Program-made: the position numbers and the translations under genes
Notes under the pieces: model-generated
Database searches by the model: none
Told to the model about the DNA's origin: nothing
Seen by the model: only the letters and a program-made list of their open reading frames with translations
Assembly (NCBI GenBank): GCA_951406725.2
Contig: OX597818.1
Location: 146,754,001-146,818,000, forward strand
Length of the DNA stretch: 64,000 bases
Origin: Octopus vulgaris
Lineage: Eukaryota
Direction: 5' to 3'
In this document: positions 26,015-40,685 of the stretch, in pieces
Numbering within the stretch: the stretch's first letter is position 1
How the letters are laid out: every line of letters begins with the position of its first letter

Positions 26015-26723
26015 TAGATTTACAGGATCATGCTCAAAGTGGTTTCGTCATTCGCGCGTACCATCTTTGCTACATTCACCCACCTTTTATTGAAACTTTC
26101 ATGAGACAAAGCTTCCCTCAATATTCTCCCCCCCCCCCTTTTCACTCCCTTTTCAAGAGGTACTTGAAAAAATTTGATGAGCGATTGGCCAAACGGAAAG
26201 TTGTTTGTCTCTAAACCTTCTCGCACGAGTACACCACACATATTCTTTCACCATAGCAACCAGTACAATGAAAACTGCCTTGCCTTCGCGGTTAAATGAA
26301 GGTGGCGGGGCAATATTCACCATAGACTCGACTGACAACCGAATTCGTCCCAGCCGTTCGACATAACCCCACGGGTCTGAAATGTTTGGACATCCCACGA
26401 GTGCATGCAGAACGGTTTCGCCGCTCTGACTGCATATTGAACAAGTCGGTCCCGTGTTTCTCGAACTGTGCCTGTAGAGCTTATCCCGAACGGGAAATGC
26501 CTGCTGATAGCACTGCCAGGCCAGGGATGTTGTTTCTGTTCTTGGTGGCGCTGATATTGATGTCGTTATTTGGACTGGCTTGTTGGTCGCTGATGTTCTT
26601 TCATTTCTTGGTAGAGCTGTTTTATCAGCTGTGAATATGGTGGTGTAGGTAACAGCGCTGGTTTTTCCTTTGGTTTTTGGTTTTCATGTTGTTGTGGTTG
26701 TTTTTTTTTCTTGTTCTTGTTGT

Positions 26724-26755
<32 letters not shown>

Positions 26756-27980
26756 TTGCTCCTTGAATATTGGACAACCAATTTTTAAATGGTTTTTGCT
26801 ACTACAGAGGTGACAGCGTAGTTTTCTGCTTTCAATGGTGACATGTAAATTGGTACCGTCTGTCAGTTTTATCAAATCTGGTATATTTTCTATCGACTCT
26901 TGATTTGTTTGAATCAAGATTTTGAAATCCTGGCCTATCCAGTTCTGCTGATCTAGGACGGCAATTTCCAAGATGTTGATAACTTCTTGTTATTGTAGTA
27001 GATGGCTGACACTAGCCATTGTGCTTCAATTTCAGGGGGCACATCGTTGATTTTTATTTTTGTGACCCTACGCCCTAAGTACGTAGGGATTATTACTATT
27101 TCATCAGGCTCAAGTGATTCTGTAGAAAAGGCTTTGGTTTGCTCTTCTGAGTCAAACCTGACTTCGACTGTGGCAAATCTTTTGCCTCTTGTAATATATT
27201 TTTGTGCCCGTATGGGCCTTAAACATTTTTCGGTTATTTGTTGATTTATGTTTTCGGGTATTTTCGTTTTTAAATTGATTGTCTTGTATATTATTGTTCT
27301 TTCTTTTTTTCTTTTTTTTTTTTGTTAATATTTTCTGAAATGTGCTGTGGTGTGTTTAGTTTTATCATATTACCTTCCTTAAATAAAAGGTGTCTTGTTT
27401 CCATTAATTGTTGTGGCGAAAATGAAACAACTCGTTTTCTTTGCCTGAAAACTAAAACAAAGTTACTTTATTCGTGTTGGTGCTGTTGTTGTTGGTGGTG
27501 GGGGGTGGCAGTAGTGGAGACCGCGGTGGGGGCAGCGGTGGTAGCAGTAGACATTTGTTCATGCTTTCCTTTCATTTGTTCTTGCTTTCCTTTCCTACTT
27601 GCTAATTTGGAACGCTGTTGTCAGTATATGTGTTGACGTTGTTCAACTGTGTGTGTGATTCAATTCTTTCTCTCTCCCCTCCAGCGTTCGGCACTGCAGC
27701 GAAATTAATGTCCGACAAAGACGAGAGAACGCTAGGAGCGTCAGACAAGTTATCCATTTTGTTTTCAATCTGTCCTGAAAGACAGATTGAAAAAAACTTT
27801 TTGAAATGAAATTTGAAAAGCGAAAATACAGCCGCAGAGCGGGGATTTTTGGAAGACCGATTCAATCACACGAAAGCTGATGTTGTTAACCAACTGTTGA
27901 CAAAAATTTAATATAAACAAGTATAAAGAAATACGAGAAATTGTTTAGACTTACGCAGACGAAAGTGACGACAGCCAATC
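25709..27980 (-). mobile_element. Internally deleted Tx1 derivative: 5'UTR and divergent ORF1 joined to the ORF2 C-terminus and 3'UTR
   Basis: ORF1 pieces with CHLCSSKNHLKIGC and KPALLPTP; junction near 26527 directly into SLAWQCY..PVRDKLYR; no APE or RT; GATA-type repeats on both sides. Confidence 0.85.
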
Positions 27981-28001
27981 AGATAGATAGATAGATAGAT
28001 A

Positions 28002-30017
28002 AGTTTCTTTATTGGCCACACAGGGTTGCACACAGATGGGACAAGTTACAAGGTAGAGCTTTTCTTTTGGGGATGAAAAAAAAAGGGGGGTGGCGTAGGT
28101 TTTCGATCAAGAGGGATCGTAAAAGAGAAGAAAAGAACAAAAAAATTTTTTTAAATAAATAAATAAAATAAAAAATAAAAAGAATAAAAAGAAAAAAAAA
28201 GAAAAGGAAAAGGAACAAAAGAAAAGAGAAATGAAAAAAGAAGAAAAAAGGGGAAAAAAGGGGAAGAGAAAAAAAAGAACGATCAATAGGGATCGTGTAT
28301 CACAGTGTTATGATATATCGTGTAAAGGGGAAAGCAAGTAAGGTTTATCCGTGGGAAGAAAAGCCTACGAAAAAGACCATGGTAACCTTGGTCAATATTG
28401 TTATATGTTACCACATTTGTTTGCAAGTGGGTAACCCTCTGTTTTCAATTTCTGGGTTCATAGGATTATGCTCAAGGTGGCTTCGTCATTCATACGTGCC
28501 ATCCTTGCTACATTCACCCATCTTTTTTAAAACATTCGCTAGACAAAACTTGCCTCTCTACTCTCACTTTCCTTTTCAAGTGGTACTTGAAGAAGTTGAT
28601 GAGAGATTGACCAGAGAGGAAAGTGTTTGTCTCCAATCCTTTCAGACGCGTCCACCAGATACATTCTTTCGCCATAGCCACAAGGATGATGAAAATAGCT
28701 CTTCCTTCCCGTTTGAAGGAAGGAGGCGTGACAATATTGACGATAGACTCAGCTGATAAACCGACTCGTCCCACACGTGACAGCAGTTGTTCGACACAAG
28801 CCCACAGGTCGGAAATTGTTGGACACTGCACGAGTGCGTGCAGAACGGTTTCCTCGCTCTGACCGCATCTCGGGCAGGTCGGCCCCGTGTTTCTCGAGCC
28901 GTGTCTGTAGAGCTTATCCCGAACGGGTAGCGCTTCTCGGTAACACTGCCAGGCCAGGGATCTCTGGAAGTTGTCCATGGGCCCTGGCCCGAAAGTCGTC
29001 TAGAACAGGCGGGTCAGGTACTCCTCGTCGACGTCCAGGTTCGCCCCGAGCTCGTCGTCGTACCTCCCCTCCACTAATCCCCTATAGAATGCTTTGGTTG
29101 TGTTGAAGTCACTCAAGGTCGACCCAGGACGGCAGAGTTGCTTGAGAGCAACGCGACACTCGCGGTGCCATTCGCCCTTCCTCGGCCTCTTTTTGATCCA
29201 CGACTGCAGTTCGGTCATGGAGACGAGCTGCGGGAAAGCGTGCCTCACAAACGGCGACCACACCTGTTCACCGTCGTCTACATAGAGTCAGAGATGTCGC
29301 AGTCTCAGCGCGTGTCTGCGCATCATCAATCACGGCATGCCCAACCCTCCTTTTAACGGGTGTTGACAGCAAATGGATCGCCTGACCATCGGGACGCATC
29401 CTTTCCACAAGAAGCGAAAGAGAATGCGTTGTAGTTTGGTGATGGTAGGGTCGGGACAAGGTACGACGGTCAGGCGGTAGTAGATGACGGACGCGATGTA
29501 CGTGTTCGCCACCTCCGCCCGACCTTTTAGGGACAGTTTCCTCTCGGCCCATTGCCGGGCGGGAGTGACCACCCTACTCGTTATCTCGTTCCAGTTCTTC
29601 TCCAGTTCGAGGTCCGGACCAAGTCAGACCCCGAGCAACTCAACCGGGCCGTCGGTCCAGCGTCCCACGACGGAGGCGCTGCTGGACGGCATGGGCTTGC
29701 TTCTCCAGGTGCCTAGTCGCAAGCCCACTGACTTTTCCCGGTTGATTTTCGCTCCTGTCACCGCTTCGTAGTCTTTCAGTGTCTCGCCGACCCGCTCGAT
29801 GTGCTCGTGGCTTGACACTATGACGGTGACGTCGTCCGCGTATGCAGACACGCTCGTCCCGCATCCCAGTTCTCGCGGGATGCCCCTCAAAGTTGCCAGC
29901 TTCCGCAATAATGGCTCGAGTGTCAATACGTATAGAAGCGACGAGAGGGGGCATCCCTGACGGACCGAACGTGCGATGTCGAAGGGTCTCGATAGATGTC
30001 CATTCACGCGAATTACC
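28002..30017 (-). mobile_element. Tx1 copy, 5'-truncated within RT, several stops
   Basis: RQGCPLS, YADD and zf-RVT; nearly identical to 23122-24644; (GATA)n at 27981-28001 and from 30018. Confidence 0.95.
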
Positions 30018-31229
30018 AGATAGATAGATAGATAGATAGGTAGGTAGGTAGGTAAGTAGGTATAGGTATGTAGGTAGGCATGTAGATAGGTAGGTAGGTA
30101 TGTATGTAGGTAGGTAGGTAGGTATGTAGGTAGGTAGGCATGTAGGTAGGTAGGTAGGTAGGTAGGTAGGTAGGTAGGTAGGTAGGTAGGTAGGTAGGTA
30201 GGTAGGTAAGTGAATGAAAAAGAACGAAAACCAAAAATGAAAAGAAGAAAGAGAAAGGTGCAAAAGAAATTCGGAGCAGAAACAGTAAAAATGCAGGAGG
30301 TACTAGGGTCCAGCAGAAAGCAATCTAGTTCAATGGGTTTGCTTGAAATTTGTGTAAAATATCAATTTGATTCCAAAGAAAGAAATAGAATTAAGTATTT
30401 GATGATTGATTTGTATTTTGACACTTGCAGGGTTGTCGTCTGCTCTGGAATGATTCAGTACAGGTGTTGTATGAACGGTAACGTCTCAAGTATATCGCTG
30501 GATTAGAAACAACATCGAGGAACAGAGACGGAGTAATTGGTGTGTGTATGTGAGAGGGAAGGAGGGAGAAGGGGAGTGAAAAAGAAAGTGAGAGGGAGGG
30601 AAAAGAAAGAGACAGAGATTGAGGGAGAATGCGTGTGTGTGTGTGTGTGTACAAGTGCATACATCTGTGTGTGTATGGGATTGCGTAGCTATATATTGGT
30701 GGACGTGCGCGTGTATACGTGCATGTGTGTACGAGCGCGTACTTATGTATGTATGTGTGTGTGGGCGTGTGTAAAGAATAGAAGGAAGGAAGAACGGCAG
30801 AGAAGACAGAGCGAGAGATTTTGTGTTTGCGTGCGACTGTGTGATTGAATGTGTGAAAATGTGTCTCTTTTATGTGTCTATTTATGTGTGCCTGTGTGCG
30901 TGCGTTTTATATACTTGTTACAGGGATTTAGTGCGCAGATAGGTGCGTACATATGTGTGCGTGCGTGCATATGTACGCATGGGAGTGTGTTTGTTGACAG
31001 ATAGATTGATAGAGAGATAGTGATCAAAAGTAGAGAGAGGCAGAGAAATAAAAGGAGGTAGAAGGGGAGGGAAAGTGGAAGTGAGAGAGAGCGAAAGAGA
31101 CTGGGTCAATTCGGTCAGGCATAATTTTGAAGTGTGCGGAAGTTATCGTGGCTTTTGTTTTTCCTGTCGTTATTTACACATATTGTTTTAAGCAATGCAC
31201 GTTGTTGACGTCGTCGTGGTCGCCCTCGT

Positions 31230-31272
<43 letters not shown>

Positions 31273-32124
31273 TAGAGTAAACCCGTGATCAAAACAGCTG
31301 CTATCATACCGTTTTTTTTATGGGTCTCTATGACTACAATATCTCACATTTCCTTCCACTTCACAAGAGAGTAGGTTAGGATTTTTGCTCCTATTTCAAG
31401 TAGGAGAGCGACCACTTGGATTCTAACTCTTGAAACTTGCTCGCTTATATTTCTTGTCGGTGATTTTAATGAAAACTTCCTTTATATCGGACGGATTGGA
31501 CACAAAGCGCGACGGGCCACGATCGTAGCCGTCAAGCGCAGGTCGACAGGCCACGACCATGGCCCAGATAGATGCATTTAATTTAAAGGCGTATGTTGGG
31601 GTCTAATGTGACCAAACGCTCCGATAACCATCAGAATGCAAGAGGGCTAATAGTTCAACTAATGACTTTTCAGATAATGTAAAACTTGCCACCACTGCAT
31701 ACTAACAAGATATCTTAACATTTATTCTTTTTTGTTTTTCATGTGTGCATGGTAGTTTTATTTTCATAAAATGTGCGCATCAGTCCATGCTGTGTAAGTG
31801 CAAATCCCAGCGCTTTATGGGTTAAGATTTTTTAAAATGTATTTTACATTTTAGAGTCAGAAATTGTTTTTGTGTTGCGTTTGTTTTCATCTATTCCAGT
31901 CATTAGACTGCGACCATGCAGGAGCACCGCTTTGAGGAACTTTTGGTTGAATAAATCCACTCTAGTACTCACTTTTTTTTAAAGTCTGGTAATTATCCTA
32001 TCGGTCTGTTTTTGCTAGGCTAAGGGACGTAAACAAACCAACACCTGTTGTCGAGCGGTGATGGCGTGCAAACAATAGAGACAAAAGACACACACACTCA
32101 TACACACACATCTATTATGTATTC

Positions 32125-32557
32125 TTTTATTCTTTTACTTGCTTCAGTCATTTAACTGCGGCCATGCTGGAGCACCGCCTTTAGTCGACCAAATCGACCC
32201 CCAGGACTTATTCGTTGTAAACCTAGTACTTATTCTATCGCCTCTTTTGCCGAACCGCTAAGTTACGGGACGTAAACACACCAACATCGGTTGTCAAACG
32301 ATTGTGAGGGACAAACACAGACACAAATACGCACACACACATATATATACGCGACGGGCTTCTTTCAGTTTCCGTCTGTCAAATCCACTCACAAGGCTTT
32401 GGTCGGACTTTGGTCACAAGGCTTTGGTCGGTCAAATCCACTCACAAGGCTTTGGTCGGATAGTAGAAGACACTTGGCCAAGGTGCCACACAGTGGGACT
32501 GAACTCGGAACCATGTAGTTGGGAATCAATCTTCTTACCACACAGCCACTCCTGCAC
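32125..32557 (-). mobile_element. tRNA-derived SINE, family C (CORE-like), with an internal duplication
   Basis: Reverse complement of the 46678-47160 type; aaatccactcacaaggctttggtcgg repeated at 32381-32460. Confidence 0.85.
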
Positions 32558-32841
32558 CTGTCTTCGTTCGGTTACCTACTATGTCTTCACTGTCATGTTT
32601 TTGTTCCCAACTTTGACCCTTCATAAATCCTAAAATTTATTTTAGAATTCATGGGAGCAACAGTCTTTGGAGATTCATCTTGTCGTTGAATTCTCGAAAT
32701 GAGGAGTAGATAGACAGCCGACAACTGATGAAGGGTCCTTTCTCTGTGTTTACTTGTCCTGTTTTCCATTTTTTCCCCTTGTTGTTTACGTATTTCATGT
32801 TATTTGCACTGTTATTGACGTCATGTACCTATATATGCATG

Positions 32842-32900
<59 letters not shown>

Positions 32901-32919
32901 AGAAAGAGAGGGAGATAGT

Positions 32920-33300
32920 GAAGGTGCAATGGCCCTGTGGTTAGGGCAGCGGACTCGCGGACGTAGGATCGCGGTTTCGATTTCCAGACCGGGTGTTGTG
33001 AGTGTTTATTGGGCGAAAACATCTAAAGCTCTACAAGGCTCCGACAAGGATTTGTGGTGAACCCTGTTGCACTCTTTCACCACGACTTTCTCTCACTGTT
33101 TCTTCCCGTTTCTGTTGTACCTGTATTTTCAAAGGGCCAGCCCTGTCACACTCTGTATCATGCTGAATCTGCCCGAGAACTACGTTATGGGTATGCGTGT
33201 CTGTGGAGTGCTCAGCCACTTGTACGTTAATTTCACGAGCGGGCCGTTCCATTGATCAGATCAATTGGCACCATCGTCGTCTTAACCGACGGAGTGCCAC
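32920..33300 (+). mobile_element. tRNA-derived SINE with a family D tail, running into (GATA)n
   Basis: tggccctgtggttagggcagcggactcgcgg head; tail ..cgtcgtcttaaccgacggagtgcc shared with the 39575 and 49570 copies. Confidence 0.82.
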
Positions 33301-33301
33301 A

Positions 33302-33374
<73 letters not shown>

Positions 33375-34372
33375 TAGACAGACAGACAGACAGACAGGCA
33401 GGCAAACAGAGAAGTGGGAGTGTTCGAGAGTTATTTTTAAACCATAGACTTAATCCGTTGTCATGTTTTAACACCTTCACTTGGTATTTCAGTACTTTTA
33501 AACGAATTCATTTTGTTGCAAGCATTCAGACTAGATCTCCGTTTTACAGGTAGTTTCCTCCCGTTTAACCAACAGTTTCAGAGTCGTGAAAAGAAAACTA
33601 AAGGGTCATGAGTTATGCCTCTCTCTCTCCCCTTATCTAATTGCTAGAAAGAAATACGATAATATTTATACTTCGTGACTTTTAAGTTTCATACCACGGA
33701 ACATTTTCTTAACAATCTTTAGAAACTCACTTCAAATATATTTCTTATTACACTTGATTAACTGATAATAGTATGGCGTCTTTCATTCTTACTGGTTGAC
33801 AGAAGGGTTAGGGGTGTGTTTAATCTTATCTGCATATCCTCTGGCTTCTAGAGATTTGTAGTACTTCGGTACAATAATATTGAAGAATTCTTTATAAGAC
33901 AAAAGATTAGCGATACGTCTTCTATATACATCTGTGTGAGTGTTTGCATGTATGTATGTCATTATTCAGTTTCATTTCAAGATTTCTTGTGTGTATGTAT
34001 GCATGTATGTATGTACATATGCATGCATGCATGCATGTATGTACATGTGTGTGTGTGTGTTTGAATTTTATATTGCCTCTGTTCTCGATACACCAAACTT
34101 GAAAGTCTCCCTGAATTCTCTCCTGCCAGTTCGTGTGATGCGATTGAGTGATCACAAAATAGTTGGTGATTTGCTTAAGGACAGAAACTGATTCGCACAC
34201 AAATAAAATACAGAGAGAAAGAACGAAACAAAAACGAGAGAAAGAAAGAAAGAGAGAGAATGAATAAATAAACGAATGAATGACGGATAGGCAGACAGAC
34301 AGACCGATAAACAGATGGATACATGCATATATACATCATATAAGCACAGGCATATATCTGTGGACATATGTA

Positions 34373-34473
<101 letters not shown>

Positions 34474-34577
34474 TCACACATACATACACATCATATATGC
34501 ATACATATATCTCAGAAGATATATATGTATGTATAGGTATTTCACACACACACATACACACAAACACACACACACAC

Positions 34578-34670
<93 letters not shown>

Positions 34671-35057
34671 TGTGTATGTATATGCGTATGTATACGAAGA
34701 AAGAAAGAGAAAGAGAGAGAAAGGTGGGAGAAAGAAAGAGAGAGTTCAATGAAGATAAGGAGAAGGAACTTCAGTCTTTTCGCTGTACTCTGACACACCT
34801 GCACCCATAATACACCACAGAAATATAATAAACTTAAAACGTCAATAAGTGCAGCGAACGTTTATTTTTAGCATTTCAAAATTCTCATCAAAAATTCCAT
34901 AACAGAAGAGAGTGAATGACTCTATTGCTCGTCTTATCTGTTGCTGCCTTTCCAGCCTCTGAATGGATGTGAATTCATGCGTCTTTGCATGTGCTTTTGT
35001 GTACGTGCGAGCATGTGCGTACGTGTGCGTATCAGTGTGTATGTGCGTCGGTCTGTT

Positions 35058-35088
<31 letters not shown>

Positions 35089-35236
35089 CTACATGTGCTC
35101 CTGTTCGCATGAATGTAATTATTTGTATCCATGCATGTGTATGTTTGTGTATGTTTCACATACTGTGTCAGTATGTGAAAGCATGCGAGAGCTCGTGTTT
35201 CTTCGTATGAATGTGTTTGGGTGCATCCATACACCT

Positions 35237-35267
<31 letters not shown>

Positions 35268-35587
35268 CATATGAGTGTGCATGTGTTTGTGTGTGTACAT
35301 GTACATGTGTATGTGAGCGCGCATATGTGTGTGCACATGTTTGTATCTGCCATGCTTGTATGTATTTGCGAATGTTCCCAGGTGCGAATGCATGTTCGCA
35401 TTTGTGTCTGTTCATGTGAAGGTGTTTGGGTGCATCCATTCACCCGTATTTATAAATGTGCGTGTGTATGTGTATGTTCGTATGTAAGTGTGCATGTGTG
35501 TGTGCATGTTCGTGTGTGAGTGTGCATGTGTATGTGTGTTCGAATATAGGTACACATGGATCTGCATATTCGTGCGTGTATGGATGG

Positions 35588-35633
<46 letters not shown>

Positions 35634-35914
35634 GTGTGTGTGTAATTACATGAATAACAACTCCACAGTTCCGTTAAGATTTCGGTTACATAAACTAACA
35701 GATTCTATTAAATTTGTAATGGAAGAATTCATAATCAGCTAATGGCCGATTTGTGGAATCATTCCGTATGTCGTGGAAGATTAAGGAATACTCTCTCTCT
35801 CTCCCTCTTTCTTTCTTTCTCTCTCCATCTATTTATCTGTCAATCTCTCTCACACACACAAACACACATACACACAAACACACACACAAACACACAAACA
35901 CACACACACACACA

Positions 35915-35954
<40 letters not shown>

Positions 35955-36074
35955 CCTCTTTCTCTTCCTCCCTAAATATTGGGGCCGATTTGTTCGACTA
36001 AACACTTCAAATTGGTGCCTCATCATAGCCGAAGTTCAATGAATGAAACAAAAAATATAAATACTATAAGGGAT

Positions 36075-36144
<70 letters not shown>

Positions 36145-36200
36145 TATGTATGTATGTATGTATGTATGTATGTATGTATGTATGTGTGTATGTGTGTATG

Positions 36201-38192
36201 TATATTATATAAAAGTCAGTGTCTGTGTGTTCGTGTTTTCGTGTGTTACTTATAGACTCGAAAACTACTGGACCGATCCTAATGAAATTTGGAACACAAA
36301 ATCCAAGTAAAGAGAAGGGTAATATCGTCTGTGTCATACAATTTTGAGGGAACTTAAAGGGGGGTGGCAGACCCACCCCCACCCCGTGAAAATTCATATG
36401 CTTCAGATTTTGATGAAATTTGAACCATAGGTATTATAAATAAATTTTAAAATATTACCAAAATTTCCATTTCTTTGGATAATTCTATGAACCCCCAATG
36501 GGAACTTAATACCCAAATTTTAGTCATTTTTCATGGACCAAAGTTACAGAATGGATCTTTATGATATTTGGAACTTAGATTCAATGCATAAGGGCGGGTA
36601 TAATTCAGTATGTTCGGTTTGAATTTGAGGGGGCTTAAAGGGGGCAGAACCCTCCATGAAAATTCATAAATTTCCGATGTTGATGAAATTTCGACCATAG
36701 GTAATTGACACAAATCAATAAGTATTCCCAAAGTTTCCGCTTCTCATGAGAATTCTAAGACCCCCTAATAGGGCCTTAACTCCCAAATTTTAGTAATTTT
36801 TTATGATCCAAAATAAGTTCAAAAGTACTGAATGGATCTTCACGAAATTTGGAAATTATATTCTATGCATAAGCGTGGGTGTAATGCAGTATGTGTTTGA
36901 AAGTGAGGAGGCATAACTGAGGCCATAACCTCACAAAAATTCATATATTTTTGCTGTTTTAACAATAGATTTTAATGTTAACCATAGATATTAGACACAA
37001 ATGAAGTAATATTAAACTCTATGGTTAAAACAGCAAAAATGTATGAATTTTCAACTTCTTAGGAGCTTAGTAAGACCCCTTAATGGGGACTTAATCCCCA
37101 CGATTTAGTCATTTTTCCTAAACCAAGACGAATACAATTGTAGCCTTGGAAGTTGTAGAGTTACCCGAGGATGCAAGATGGGCGTTATTTGTAATTCAGT
37201 GGTACAACAGTATAAGAGTTTGCTTTAAGATATACTTAGATTATGAGTTCTGCAATGTAGTGCATAAATTGGCAAGTAAAGGAGAGGCATCTTTGCCTCC
37301 ACTAATTCAGTTGCTAAGTGTTAATTTGAGTAAAGTTATTTAGTTGCAGACCTCCTTCGAATCTTTATATTATCACTGGGTCAGAGATAGTCTCTAGATG
37401 CTAACATTGATTTCAAGGCCTTTTCAGATAAGTGATTGGTCATTCAAAGAGATTTATAGATTGCAAGCTTATTCCGTTCAGTTATCTATCGGCAGAGTGA
37501 ACATTGGCAAACTCCAGAGGTGACACTTTCATTTCCTCTTAGCTCTCACATCACACAGTTGTTAATGTCGATTTGAGTTTGATTACGCTTTTCCAATTGC
37601 TATAGATCTGTAATGTATCTTACGGCTGTGCTGGTCACTTGTATGGTGAGGAATCCTACATTGGGGAGTGGTAATGACTAGGGTAGGGTAGCTGACTGCT
37701 TATTGTGATCATTCGTCTTTTGGTGTCCTCTAGCTTTGCCTTCTTTTACAAACCCAGTGAACATTCATATATTTCCGATTTCAAAGAAATTTGAACAATA
37801 GATATTATAAGACACAAGTTAAAATGATTCCCAGCAATTCAACTTCTCTGGTTGATTTTAAGATCGTCCCCCGACCCCCAATAGGGGCCTGAACTCCCAC
37901 ATTTTAGAGCTCCATGTGCTCCTCCATTTTTCAGGAGCAAAAACATTTGAATGGGTTTTATAAGATTTGGATTTTGGAATCTGAGCATAAATATGAGTAG
38001 TATGTGATAAATATGTCACGATTAGAATTTTTGTTAGAGTGTGTAAAAAAGGAAAGAACCCTCATTAATATTCTTAATCTCCAATTTTGATGAAATTCGA
38101 ATCATTGGTATTCCGTTTCATTAGAGAAAATATAACAGAAAAGTCTAATTCTTCAGTTCCATGTGACACGGACAATGTCGGGTATCTCTGCT

Positions 38193-38194
<2 letters not shown>
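36201..38194 (+). mobile_element. Non-autonomous Helitron-like element with internal tandem sub-repeats
   Basis: 5' tattatataaaagt..gtctgtgtg..accgatcctaatgaaatttgg; 3' imperfect hairpin cacggacaatgtcggg then CTAG|t at 38191-38194; diverged ~240-300-bp internal repeats (aaattcata..gatgaaattt..cccaaattttagt). Confidence 0.7.
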
Positions 38195-38223
<29 letters not shown>

Positions 38224-38332
38224 TTATGTATGTATGTATGTATGTATGTATGTATGTACGTATGTATGTATGTATAAATATATATATATTTATAAAACCT
38301 TTCCATCCCCTTTCTCTCCTCTTCGCTTCCTC

Positions 38333-38407
<75 letters not shown>

Positions 38408-39144
38408 TGTGTGTGTGTGCGTGTGTGTGTGTGTGTGTATATGTATATGAACATCTATCTACCTACTTATCTGTCTCTACCTGCCTTCATACATACATAC
38501 ATACAAACATACATACATGTCGAGCATCTTTTCTCAACTATTGTTATTGCTGTTGCTGTTTAATTTCAATTCATCTTCGCTGACTGAGAAGAGTTCTGCG
38601 TTCAAACATTTTCCTCCGACAAACTTTCGTCCGTCTCTCTGCAGATCTAGGACAACATTAGCACTATTCCAGTCTGTCGCTCACGTTTCAAGTTGTCGAA
38701 GGACATTTGGTTTCTATTTCCAGCAGAATGAATAACCAAGTACACGTAAAGCTCCCCACCCCACACCTGACGCCCTCTACTTACCATTGCTATTGAGATG
38801 TTATTTTATTGATTCAGATAAACTCGGTCAGGTTTTATTGGATATTACGAAAGTACAAACTCTAGATGTAAATATTTGTTTTATTGATTTAGTTTTATTA
38901 TACTGTTTGTCGTTGTTGCTTTTGTTGGCGGCAAAGTCAATTGAATTAAAACTTGTTATTTCTGTAAATAATTGTATTATTTGTGGAATGACAATGGTGG
39001 GTTAATACACTAATCGTTAAAGAATCAGGCACAATGTTTCGTTGTATTTAGCTATTGCTCTTTCTACGTTCTGAGTTCAAATCCGGCCGAAGTACCAGCT
39101 TTACTTTTCACTAAGTACTGGGGTCAATATAATCGACTAACCTC

Positions 39145-39485
39145 GGTATCAGTCCTACTGCGTGGAACCTTGGTCAAGTGTCTTCTGCTATAGCTGCGAG
39201 CTGAGCAAAGCCTTGTGAGTGGATTTGGTAGACAGAAATTGAAAGAAGCCCACAATTTATATGCGTGGGGTGGTATTTGTGTCTATGTTTTCCCCACCCA
39301 CCACTTAACAGGTGCTGGTGTGTTTACATTCCCGTAATCCAGCGGTTCGGCAACAGAGACCGCTGGAATAAGTACAAGGCTTAAAAAATAAGTCTTGGTG
39401 TCGATTCGTTCTAAATTTCTTCAAAACGGAGAAACAGCATGGTCGCATCTAATGACCGAAACAAGTAAAAGAATAAAAGAAAAGA
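39145..39485 (+). mobile_element. SINE family C, 5'-truncated and diverged
   Basis: gccttgtgagtggatttggtagac...gaaacaagtaaaaga. Confidence 0.75.
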
Positions 39486-39534
39486 ATACATATATATACT
39501 TTATTATTAAAGCTGAATCTCTGTGCTTACTCTG

Positions 39535-39568
<34 letters not shown>

Positions 39569-39574
39569 TAAAAA

Positions 39575-39885
39575 GACTCCGCCGGTTACGACGACGAGGG
39601 TCCCAGCTGATACGATCAACGGAACAGCTTGCTCGTGAAATTAACGTGCAAATGGCTGAGCATTCCACAGACACGTGTACCCTTAACGTAGTTCTCGGGG
39701 ATAATCAGCGTGACACGGAGAGTGACAAGGCTGACCCTTTGAAATACAAGTACAACTCATTTTTGCCAGCTGAGTGGACTGGAGCAACGTGAAATAAAAT
39801 GTCTTGCTCAAACGCGTCGCCGGGAATCGAACTCACAACCTTACGATCATGAGCCGAATGCCCTAACCACTAAGCCACGCGCCCT
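39575..39885 (-). mobile_element. tRNA-derived SINE, family D
   Basis: ggcgcgtggcttagtggttagg head and B box gagttcgattcc; homologous to 49570-49888. Confidence 0.85.
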
Positions 39886-40125
<240 letters not shown>

Positions 40126-40127
40126 GT

Positions 40128-40685
40128 ATAATATAACATCCGTCCAATGGACGGCGCTGATTCATATCTGCTGAATAAAAAGCAATCAGTGTTTTCTTTT
40201 TATTAAAAAATAATTAAGTATGCCTTTATTTCAATAAATTTTTGGGTTTTGTTAAACGAAGTTAAGGCAAAAAAAAATAAAGCTTCTTGAGAAACCAAAT
40301 AGTCTTTCCTTCCTTCATGCCAAATTTGAAGAAAATATTTTTTTTGCATCTTAATTTTTGGGTCTCTTAAATATACTGCATTTTGTGGCATTATTTCAAG
40401 CCAGCCGGCTTTTTTGCGCAAATTGCACGTGCATTTTTCTCGCGTACGCGTAGTATCGATGGCAACAGATGATGCACTTCCGCGTACAAATGCAAGTTCC
40501 CACGGCTTTATCAATCGCATTCTCACCTGGAATCGATTTTTGTAATTTTTCCAAGAATTATACACGCCCTGATACCGTCGGTATCTACATATTAAATTTG
40601 AGCGCAATCGGATGGAGGATACCCAAGATCCTAGAAGACACACAGACAGACAGACAGACAGAACGATTTTATATAATATATATAT
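40128..40685 (-). mobile_element. Non-autonomous Helitron-like element
   Basis: Minus-strand 5' tattatataaaatcgttctgtctgtctgtctgtg..ccgattgcgctcaaattt; perfect sub-terminal hairpin ccgtccattggacgg near the 3' end; embedded in (TA)n. Confidence 0.6.

Noticed and set aside
32715-32760. Fourth hammerhead (acaa-CTGATGA-agggtcc)
   Set aside because: No GAAA or stem III and no complementary stem I downstream
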